Part shown: piece after piece, positions 35,159 through 44,720 of the stretch
How positions within the stretch are numbered: the stretch's first letter is position 1
Layout of the letters: each line of letters starts with the position of its first letter
NCBI GenBank assembly: GCA_050230475.1
Contig: JBFLGF010000039.1
Span: 62,001 to 106,720, forward strand
DNA length: 44,720 bases
Direction of reading: 5' to 3'
DNA from: Ancylonema sp.
Taxonomy: Eukaryota
The notes under the pieces: generated by a model
The model's database searches: none
Told to the model about the DNA's origin: nothing
Seen by the model: the letters and a program-made list of their open reading frames with translations, nothing else
Program-made: the position numbers and the translations under genes

Positions 35159-38100
35159 TTATAACATGTACGCCATCTTCGATGCAAGATCAACGCCCAC
35201 CAAGTGCAAGTAGCTCAGTAGTTGTCTCTTTAAAGAGACCAGGTCTCCATTTGGCAAAAGTTTGTGGCTCACGAGCATCTGCGCACAAGACGTTGAAAAC
35301 AACCAACGGGTGACACTCCACTTTATGACGCAAGGAAACGAAACACAAGAATGGCCAAAAGTGTTGAGCTAGGAATCTCTTACAAAAAATCATCGCATCA
35401 TTGTTTCAATTCTTGAATACGACTAAGAAGTGACACATGACATGACAAAGCAGTGAAAGTATGAATTTGCAACAACTGCCATCAAATTCCTACCGTATTC
35501 GACAACCATGAGTCATCCAACTTTGCGCAACGATCATAGACGCAAAAACAAAGACTCAACCTCCAGATTGCACACAACGTCCACTTGTGCTTTTCGCAAA
35601 CACTTTGGCACTTCTCTCAACCCCCATTGATGCCGCGAATCTCTCACCATCCACCCACTTCCCTCCCACATCCGCCCCCCATCCCCACCTGAAAAGGCGC
35701 AAACATTCCATCGATAAACATGGGAACGACACCGATTCCCCTCTCCGCCACCTCCTCTCTTTCTCTCTTCTCCTCCCTGCTAAGCGCACACCCTTCAACT
35801 CCTTTCCCATCCAAAGCCTCTCTCAACCCATCCCCCCTTATGACGTCATCCGCATCCTCAACAACCTCCCCAAGTCCATTCTCTCCCATGTCCACGTCCA
35901 CTTGTTCCCCCATTGCCTTCAGCTTCTCCTCCTCTGCTCGATTCGCTCCCTTGTCGAGCCTGGCTCCCAAATTGCCCGCAAAGTGTTCGGTTGGCTCGGG
36001 TGGGAGGGTGAACGCGAAGGCGTCATCATTGCTGGTGACACCACTTTCTTTTGGTGTAGTGTGGGGTGTTTCTAGGGACGGGCGGGTCAGAATTGCCGCC
36101 GGGTTTCGGTCTAGTAGTGGGATTGCTGTTTTGTACGGCACCCACCTGAGGGAGGAGAGGGCGGGAGAAAGGAAATATGAATGATTGTCGAATACCATTA
36201 TAGAGTACTGACATTATGTAAGAATAAATATGATATTGCTTTTACTACAATTATGATAATAAGAATACCAGTCACACTCGTAATAATGAGTATGTCGCTA
36301 AAACTGGCTCATACAGGCAAATAAAGATGATGAATATTATTTATATTGCTTACTATTATTATTATTATAACACTCATTGTTGTTATTATTATGATTGTGT
36401 TAGTTATTGAAATGATGACTATGATCGTACTCATAATCGTGAGATAAGTAAGATAAACGTTGATCATGATTACAAAAGATGAACAAATTACAAATAAATA
36501 CACAATATAGTAAAAATGAAGCTATTAAAAAGCCCAAAAAAAAATCATTATATCCATGGGAAAGAAATGATACTTCTGATTTTTGGGGGAGGTGGGAGGG
36601 AAGACACACAAAAACAAAAACCCCCTCCCCCCCCCAAAAAAAAAAAAAAAAAAAAAAAACAGAGGATGCATTGGTGCCCAGGATGTGCGCCCAGCCAGAG
36701 TAGAGACCTCCCCCACAACCCAAGCAGCGAGAATCCCCGCTCTCCACTTACACATTCCTCAGGGGGCAGAGCAGATCCGAGGGCGAGTAGGCCGCCTTGT
36801 ACCTCAGTTTCAGGCACGTGTGCCCATAGAAGCCCAGGTAATAATACCCCAGCCTCGCGCACCCCCTCCCAGCCCCCTTCACCCACTCGATCTCCTTGAG
36901 CGATGACAGCTTCCCGAGCGACAGGAAGCAAAAGTCTGGATCCCAGATGAGGTACTTGCTGGACAGGCAGGCGGGCAGCACATCCACGATAGCCACCATG
37001 ACTAGTTTGCCGTCGATCCTGTGCTGCTGGTGGAAGGACCCGAAGCCGCAGGGGGGGGTGGACCCGTCGTGAGCGGGGGGGACGGGTTGGAGGGGGGTGT
37101 CCACCAGGAAACGGCGGTAGGAGGCGGGGGAGAGGGACGCCTCCGTGTCGCCGTGTACCGCCATCTGGTACTTTTTGTACAGCTCGAACTCCTCTTTTTT
37201 GAAGGTGGAGCGGGACATGGAGAAGGAGTACTTGCGCTGCCTTCCAGGAGGCACGTCACAGGAAGCTTCCTGGAAGCTTCCTTGCCTGTTTGCGCCGCTC
37301 TGCCCCCCCGGTGTCGTACCTTTTGGATCTGAACCTGCGCCGTCCTGGGGTTCAGATTTCCCGTTGCAGCTGCCAGGTGCCTGTGCTTTGGAGGCTGATG
37401 AAAAGAAATTGAGGTGTCCCCCCGTGGCCGCGACGGACGCGCCACGTGGCAGTTTCTCCTCCCTCTCCATGCACTCTGCCAGGGCCTCCGCCACCTCCCT
37501 GGCGCTGGGGGGTGGGGGTTGGGAGTTGGCGGATTGGACGTGCTGCTCTGCGCCACAGGGTCCTCCTTCCAGATTCTCCTTTATCGGCAATGCTGGATCC
37601 AATCCCTCCGATCTCCTGCCAGCTGTCATGCCAGGTCTCTTGCCAGCTGTAATGAGGAATGCAATGTTGCTCGTGTACGCTGGCACCTCAACGCTTCCTT
37701 GTTTCAAACGGCCCTTCACCTTCATGGGGATCTCCTTCACGGAAACGGATGGCATGACATGACAGCTGGCACTTGCCATAGGCAGAGGGCCTGAGGAGGA
37801 GGCATAGAAGGCATTGACTGCAGACTGGATCGCAGTCTTCACCTGCTCCCTCACCTCTCCTCCACTACAGGTTTCAAAGTTTTTGTCGTTTTTGCATTTT
37901 TGTCGTTTTGCCTCCTCGATCAAAGAACTGGTCGGTGCGGTGGCAGGCACTGCGGGTTTCAACGATTCCGGTTCCAATGATTGGCGAGGTGCGCAACCCG
38001 GTTCACGGTTCCAATGCCCGTCCAGGAATCTGCATGCCGCAAAAAAAACCATCCGCGTTTTCTTATGTTTCTTGTTCTTTTTCCTATTTTGGTCTTTTCA

Positions 38101-39001
38101 CCCCAACTGAGCTCTCGAAAAAATTGATGCAGCATCAGAGTTTCTCTCATGCAGCATTAAATATTGACACAACATCATGCAACCGTCTCCATAACCGTCT
38201 CCGTAACAGGGCAGCAAGAATCCCCAACCATACCTCGTACCTCTGGAACTTCCTCTGCACTCTCCGCTGCTCCTTGGACATTTCAAACTCCGCAACTGGT
38301 AGACGAATCGTGTACAGCGGGCAGCAGCTCTCAAACGGGTTCGGTCTGTACACGTATTTTCCGGACCTTCTCCACCCACGGTCCAGCAGATCTACAGAAG
38401 AAGTCAGGGGATTCGTGTAGTCTACTTTAAGTCTACTCTAGCAACCACTTTGAGATGAGGGTCAGGATGACAACAAGTACAATCAACACTAGAGAATGCG
38501 AGAACATTGGTTGCTTGGCTGGGTGGTCGAATGGTTGAATGGTTCAATGTTTCCTTTTCCTACACATACAATTGGCAACATATCGAGTCCAGGAAGGACA
38601 AATGCCTGGTGTGAGATCCATTCACTAGGTAAAGCAAAGACTTCACTGAAGCTGCCCGACTGAAAATACATACCTTGGTAATGATCCACAGACATTCGTT
38701 CAGTCCACATACCTGTTACACATGACAGCATCAACGTACAAATCACAATTTCGCGCACGTGAGGACAATTAATTCACCAGTGGTGTCACTAAAAGTTGAT
38801 TGAGACGTCTGTTTGAACCATGTGACGCAGCGCATCGGTTGCAAGACTCAGATTACGGCTTTCATTGTTAGGTCACGAAGAAAAAACGACTCTTGGGTGC
38901 AGGTTAGGCTTACCGTGAGAATTGCTACTTTTCCTTGTACTGCGACAATAACCACAAGAAGAGGAATATTCACCACGATCTTCAACCTGCGTCTCAAACA
39001 T
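35159..39001 (-). CDS. ATE1: Arginyl-tRNA--protein transferase (N-degron pathway); exons 39001-38914, 38712-38674, 38391-38241, 38029-36752, 36145-35689, 35278-35159; 710 aa
   Basis: ATE_N motifs: SSCGYC, HGMWTERMSVDHYQDLLDRGWRRSGKYVYRP..CCPLYTIRL. ATE_C motifs: EEFELYKKYQMAVHGD..YRRFLVDTPL..GFGSFHQQHRIDGKL..VDVLPACLSSKY..YYYLGFY..C.KLRYKAAYSPSDLLCP. The last exon QLLSYLHLVGVDLASKMAYML resembles the plant ATE1 C-terminus. All splice phases are consistent. Confidence 0.95.
36200..36530. repeat. AT-rich low-complexity (ATT/ATG)n tract in ATE1 intron 4
   Basis: Degenerate TAT/GAT triplet runs. Confidence 0.65.
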
Positions 39002-39454
39002 TGTTGTTTGGACAGGAAGGGTCATGTTTGCTCAATGATGGTCTGAGATAGGGAAAAATAATGAAGGTGAACGATAGAGCCTACCAAATCTACCTCTACC
39101 GAATTCCAAACAAACAAATTCAAGTCTTTAGTTCACAGCAAAGGCTCTCGTATCGAAAAAATAGCATTTTACTGAGTTTCAGTATCTTTATATGACAATT
39201 GCTGCTGGTTCACAGCGTCACAACACATCGTTTATATTTGTTGACGATGCGAGCATGTACTCCGTGCCTGTACTCCCTCTCGCAAAGCGCTGGCGCTCTG
39301 ACACGGTAGGGGGCTGGTTCCAGCGCCTGGTTCACAGCTGGCATGACGAAATCTCGATACGACATACCTCGATATAACGACACAAAAAAGTCAAATGAGC
39401 TGTCATTAGTAGGCTGGCGGTCTACCCTTAACCCGGAAAACCCTCAACCCGTAA

Positions 39455-40087
39455 GAGCATAGCTTATGGGACTGAGGATTCGTCGACTTTGGTTGGGGAG
39501 ACCCCCTAAATTAATTGAATCCCCAACCAACATGAAAATAAATCGTCAAATCGCTGCTTATCGGAACCAAAAGTGATTTGAAAGTACAATTTGTGAATCG
39601 TCAGAATGATTTTTCTGGGGATTTGGGGCCTGAATCCTCAAGATAATCACTCTGGGAATTTCGTGTGAGGATTGGTGAGCCAATCACAGCACAGTCGAGC
39701 AGCCGCAAAAGAACGTTGTCCGTACGTCTAATTTTAGTCGTAAAATGAGAGCGTAGCTCCTGCAACCAATAGGAGACGGTGATTCCCGTAAAATATATAC
39801 AGAATCTAGGGACCTTAATTTTGACGCGTTGGATGCGGTATTCCGGTCACTGAAGTTAATCCGAACCGCCCGATGGATTGTATGATAATGATTGATCGAG
39901 ATACGATGCGTCGTCGTGTGCCACCGTGGCACTGAATTCGAGATCGGCGGAGCTCCCATAAGCAGTACGAAGAGGCATACCGACAAATTCACTTGTTTCA
40001 GGTTGGGGATGTTGAAAAAAACGTACAATATTTGTACATTTCCCCCCAACTAAAGTCGACGAATCCTCGGTCCTATAAGCTATGCTC
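39455..40087. mobile_element. PIF/Harbinger (Tourist-like) MITE, 633 bp
   Basis: TIRs GAGCATAGCTTATGGGACTGAGGATTCGTCGACTTTGGTTGGGG / CCCCAACTAAAGTCGACGAATCCTCGGTCCTATAAGCTATGCTC, with TSD TAA on both sides. Confidence 0.92.
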
Positions 40088-40286
40088 TAACCCTGAGGTA
40101 TTAACCCGCAAATACCGTACCAGCCAGAGATAATGCGCCAGCAAATCGGAAATTAATTATTAGAAGTAATCTCCAACCAGTTGCGCCAGCGATTTATTAA
40201 TTAATTGGTACGCGCCAAACGTGTGCGCCAGACAAATTTTGAATTAACAATTTTCAACTGCGCCAGGTGTTTTTGATTTTTTTGTA

Positions 40287-41010
40287 GGGTACGGTTAGAA
40301 ACAAGCTCCGTTTTTGTTAGAAACAAGCTGGCGAAAACAATTCTCGCTTGTTGCCTGTGATTCTCGATCTGACCCCGTAATGCCGCTATAAAGCGAAACA
40401 ATGTCACTTGGCCCGCGGCCTCTCCCGCTTCTACGCACTCCCCCCTCTCCTGCTCCCTCCCTCTGCCAGCGTTCCTTCACTGTCGCCTACGATCTATCCG
40501 ATCTCAATCAAATTTTCTTCATTTCAACAGCGGAAAGGCGCATAATATTTGAATCAAAATTATCTCTCAGAAATATCCAAAATCTCAAATTTTAAAGGAC
40601 AATACAATTCACAGCGTCGGATATACGCAACTGACCCCGAAAATGCGCGAGCAGTCATAAGTGCCGAATTCGTAATTCAATGTCTCTGGTTTTTTTTCTC
40701 AGAAGGTAGAGAATTACTTCGGCTATCGACCTGTCCAAATTTTAGAAGAATTGGTGAATAATACACTTGATGCGGATAAATCGTGTCACCGCGACCCGAC
40801 GGGGGAGGTCGCGATGTGTTCAGAAAGGGCTTACCCCGTTATTTCGATTTTTCGTACGTAGAATCGGGAGAGGCCGAGGGCCCAAGTGACATTATTTCGC
40901 TTTATAGCGGCATTATGGAGGCGGATCGAGAATTACAAGCAACAAGCGAGAATGAGTTTCGCCAGCTTGTTTCTAACAAAAAGCGAGCTTGTTTGTTCCT
41001 AACTGTACCC
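40287..41010. mobile_element. MULE-like MITE A, 724 bp
   Basis: About 150-bp imperfect TIRs starting GGGTAC.GTTAG; 9-bp TSD TTTTTTGTA on both sides. Confidence 0.9.
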
Positions 41011-41019
41011 TTTTTTGTA

Positions 41020-41691
41020 GGGCTTTGCTATACACAAGCACCTGAATTGCTATGCACAAGCACGGCGCATCTACTTTTCGCTTGTCGCCACAAATATTCG
41101 AAATCACCGCTATAACGCGAAACAACGTCACTCGGGACCGGTGGTCTCTCCCGATTCTACGTACGAAAATTCCTCTGCGGCCTCTCCTGCTCCCGTCTTT
41201 CTCCGGAATGCATAGCAGACTACGATCTAGTCGCTTTGCATCAATTCTTCTTCATTTTTGCAGCGGAAAGACGCGTAAGATTTATCACACCGTTGTCTTT
41301 CAGAATCACTTTTTAATTCAATATTTGAACATCAAATATTCACAGCGTCGAATATACGAGACTGATCCAGATAACGCGCGAATAGTCACAATTGATGATA
41401 CACAAACCAATTTCTCTATTTTTTTTCCCCATAATTCAGAGCACTTTTCTAGCTACCGATCTGTACAAATTTCAGAAGAATTGCTGGAGAATCGACTAGA
41501 TGCGGGTAAATCGTGTCACCGGAACTCAACGGGGTAGGGTGCAATAACGAACAGGGTGGTGCGGTGTAAACGTTCTCAGTGCGTTATAGTGAGTCTTGAA
41601 TGACGATGATCGAATATTTGTGGCGACAAGCGAAAAGTAGATGCGCCGCGCTTGTGCATAGCGATTCCGGTGCTTGTGTATAGCAAAGCCC
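41020..41691. mobile_element. MULE-like MITE B, 672 bp
   Basis: About 80-bp TIRs starting GGGCTTTGCTATACACAAGCACC; 9-bp TSD TTTTTTGTA on both sides; interior homologous to MITE A. Confidence 0.9.
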
Positions 41692-42547
41692 TTTTTTGTA
41701 TTGAACTTTTGTACTGCGCCAAATTTTCGTCGATTTTATTAATTTATGTGCGTAAAAAGTACGCGCCAGCGTGTTCAAAACAATTATTTTAGTACGCGCC
41801 AAAAACATGTGCGCCAGGAAAAATGGTAATTATTTTTTGGCGCGTTATCTCTGGCTGGTATGGTAACCCGGCAGCCAAAATCCGGGTTAAAAACCCGCAA
41901 TAACCCGAAATAACCCTTGTACCCGAAAATACCCGGAATACCCCAGGGGTATTTGAGGGTATTTGAGGGTATTCCAGGGTACATCAGGGTAGGTTACGGT
42001 AGGTTCTTCCGGGTTTTTTTTAATCATTTATAGCCTATAAATGAAGTTGCCCCCACTCCAGCTTTAACCCGACTCCAAGAGCAGTGTTAGTTCCGGCGAA
42101 TGAAGATGCAGTGGAGGAAATGGTGAGGGCTTTTACCATTGTGGTGGCCTCAACCCCGGCGGTGGATCTGACGGGTGACATTGAGAAGGACGCTCCCACC
42201 ATGGATCCCATTGGCGCACAAATACGCATCCGTGAGGGTGAGGCGCGATCACCATTCAAGTCCTTTGGGTGGATTGTTGGCGAGAGTGAGCCAGGTGTTT
42301 TTGACAAGATACCACTCGGCGCGGGTCCGTCTGAGCTAACTGGTCCAACGCAAGTGGGAATCCCAGCAAGGGGCGTACCTCCCAAGGGAAAGTTGGGGTG
42401 GAGAAAGTCTTTCCCTCGCAACAATTTTCTCGGATACAATGGAGCCCCTTAGTGTGGATATACATTGAAAATCTGGTCATTTCAATTTCTGAGTAGTTGA
42501 TTTTACATGGATAGTTTGGGTGAAAGAATTAGTTGATTTGGAGTTGA

Positions 42548-43726
42548 TGTTAGAAAGATATGGATTTTACAAATATAGCGTTTTGAGTGCTTATTAGGTG
42601 TGCGGGTAATACGAGGTGAAAACTTTGAAGTCATCGATACGTGTCGTGACTTGAGTCATTCTTCGTGTGATGTGGTTATTTCTTTTAGAGAGATGCACTT
42701 GGTTACAGAACTTGGTATATTTTTGGACAGGCGTAAGATGTAGCTGGTTAACGTGTCGACATTTGTAGTCACTAGTTTGGATATAGTGACACGTATGGAC
42801 ACGTAGGTGACAAGTGTATAAGCTTATATTAATAGCTTAATAATGATTTTGAAATATTAATTCTTGTCGAAACTATTCATGGTGTGGCAGGCAGATCTTA
42901 CGAATTGTGTTAATACTTGCAATAATCATGGCTGATTCAGCTAACAGTGGTATCAGAGCAATGAACGACATTATTCGTCGTACGATTCTTCGAGGCAAAT
43001 AAAATTATGGTCCATGGAAGTCCAAAATTCGTGCAGCACTCAACAGTGAAGATGCCTGGCAGATTACCGTGGGTCGTGAGGTGGGTCCGAGTGAAGTTTT
43101 GGTAGTTCTGAACGGCGCTGGTGCAGTTACAAATCAGGCAGCTCTTGATCAGAATTTTGCGGATCTTCTTGATTTCGAAAAACGTCGACGCAAGGCAACG
43201 TCTATTATCACGCAGTCGTGCACCGATTCTATCGCAACAAGCTTCGATGATCTGAACATGGATCCTGCAGCCAATCTGGACAAAATTGCAGAATGATTTT
43301 GACCCTGTTTCCCCGGCTCTACCAGCACTTGTCGAGAAGCAATTTACTAACTTCAAGCTGGATGAGAGTATGTCGATAGAGAATAACAGAACAATTTTTG
43401 ATCAGATTGCAAGTGATTGTTTTCATCAGCAAGTGGGCTTGACTCCCGAGAGAAAGATCAGAGGTCTGCTTGCCGGAATTCCGATAAATACGAAGGGACT
43501 GAAAGGTGTCTTTTACGCTCATGTTCCGCTGCAAAATATTGAGTGGATCTGGAGTCGTCTGCAGAGTAAAGAGCTTGAGCAAAAAACGGCTGAGAGTGAA
43601 GTCCAAGACATCATACACGGTGCGGCACTTACAGCAGAGAGTCGAATTTTTCAGAACGCAGGCACTAGAAGCGGCACGCAGGCAGGCAGTGGCAGTGGCA
43701 GTGGCAGTGGCAGTGGCCTCCATTGA
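42548..43726 (+). mobile_element. Truncated Ty1/Copia retrotransposon: 5' LTR (42548-42946), tRNA-iMet PBS (42948-42959), gag pseudogene (42961-43726)
   Basis: LTR TGTTAG...CTAACA, then TGGTATCAGAGC. The gag reads LRGK*NYGPWKSKIRAALNSEDAWQITVG, then a UBN2-like KATSIITQSC../..QNDFDP..KQFTNFKLDESMSIE..LLAGIP, with an in-frame stop and a frameshift near 43270. No pol or 3' LTR. Confidence 0.9.
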
Positions 43727-44720
43727 AAATAATATGCATGCTATGCTATTTCACACTATAGCAAGTGTCTGAAAAGGGATAAAATCGCTGACATGGCAAA
43801 CAAGCGCATCATAACAAACACAATCACGAGGTGTATGTCGCGCATAACACAAGTATCATACAAGCGTCACCCAAACATCATGTAAGTGTCCATCAAATCA
43901 TAATTACAACACTACTTAAAAGGATTCATAACTATCATTTTCTTACATTCACCTAAAGAAAAAGATGAGCGAGTCACTATGGTTGACATGCTCCATGTTA
44001 TTTACAAGGATACCGTCAAATACTCGTGTATACAACGTCTAGGCTTTACAATTGCGTGTCTTTCAAAGAGACTCTCTTAACAATCAAATTTTAGTAATGC
44101 AAAGTTTTTTTTTAATTATTTTATTTGTTTTTAAGGGACTTTTTTCTAGCTTTTGGTAGGGTATAATACCCTCGGGGTATGTTATGATATGTTTGGGTTA
44201 TTCCGGGTATTTAAGGGTTTTTGAGGGTATGGTGGGGGTAATTTGCGGGTTACTTGAGGGTATATGCGGGTTGATTTTAAACCTTATTAAAAAAATGCGG
44301 GTTACCGCCACCCTAGTCATTAGTAACGACTCGTTATAGAGGTGTCGTTATGTAATTTTGTCGGTATGAGTAGCGAATCCAAGGGAGCTGGAGCTGGAGT
44401 TGGATGGCTAGTCTAAAACCTTCTTCGTAATTAGGGATATTTAGGTCGTAACTACAAATGTATAATAAGGGTACGCCGAGAAATCACCCGTAAAAACCAT
44501 CAATATAAATCTCAATTTATGAGCGAGTTAGGGGAATTTCCCACCCCCAACCGATTTAGGGCCTACATTGCTCTGCAAAGGGGGGCAAGAAAAAATACCG
44601 GAGGCTTCAGACTATATCCTACTTACAACTTGTCATCGACAAGTGACGTGTCACCTTTGCGAATAGTCTCAGTGGACATCAGACAACAAATTCCGGCTTA
44701 TCAGGAATTTCTTAAGCTCA

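Larger units (their letters stand above)
40115..41863. mobile_element. Tc2/pogo-like MITE, copy 2
   Basis: Same TIRs as 21643-24642 (right end TGGCTGGTATGG), TA on both sides, and homologous subterminal GCGCCA-rich sequence. Confidence 0.9.
39410..44315. mobile_element. hAT element (family C) carrying several nested insertions
   Basis: Perfect 8-bp TSD GTCATTAG at 39402-39409 and 44316-44323; TIRs TAGGCTGGCGGT / ACCGCCACCCTA; AACCC/TACCC/GGGTA subterminal repeats at both ends. Confidence 0.92.

Noticed and set aside
35587..36075. 162-aa plus-strand ORF
   Set aside because: Antisense to ATE1 exon 5 with no recognisable domain.
37002..38430. Long antisense and alternative-frame ORFs over ATE1 (similar ones over PHAX and the glycosylase exon 1)
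   Set aside because: Shadow ORFs of GC-rich coding exons with no independent motifs.
42948..42959. tRNA-Met-related sequence
   Set aside because: It is the Copia primer-binding site, not a tRNA gene. No rRNA or tRNA genes were recognised in the window.

Overview
Eukaryotic nuclear DNA, most likely from a streptophyte (non-seed plant or charophyte alga). This assignment is inferred from the protein families and the plant-like exon structure of ATE1 and PHAX; the species cannot be named. Four intron-containing genes can be assembled with GT-AG junctions and consistent phases: an HhH-GPD DNA glycosylase (minus, 12859-16119, 4 exons, 617 aa), an uncharacterised type II membrane protein resembling a GT-A glycosyltransferase (plus, 24920-27613, 5 exons, 399 aa), a PHAX RNA-binding-domain protein (minus, 29083-31553, 5 exons, 405 aa) and arginyl-tRNA protein transferase ATE1 (minus, 35159-39001, 6 exons, 710 aa). 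Most of the intergenic space is stacked, largely non-autonomous transposons whose termini and target-site duplications (TSDs) can be read directly: hAT (8-bp TSD), PIF/Harbinger MITEs (TTA/TAA), Tc2/pogo-like MITEs (TA), Mutator-like MITEs (9-bp TSD), a Helentron/HINE-like element, a decayed chromoviral Gypsy and a Copia LTR+gag fragment. The most notable observations are the putative glycosyltransferase of a poorly described family, two related MULE-MITEs in tandem with three copies of the same 9-bp TSD, the Helentron-like element, and two multi-layer nests of elements. No database searches were possible, so family calls rest on motif recognition.
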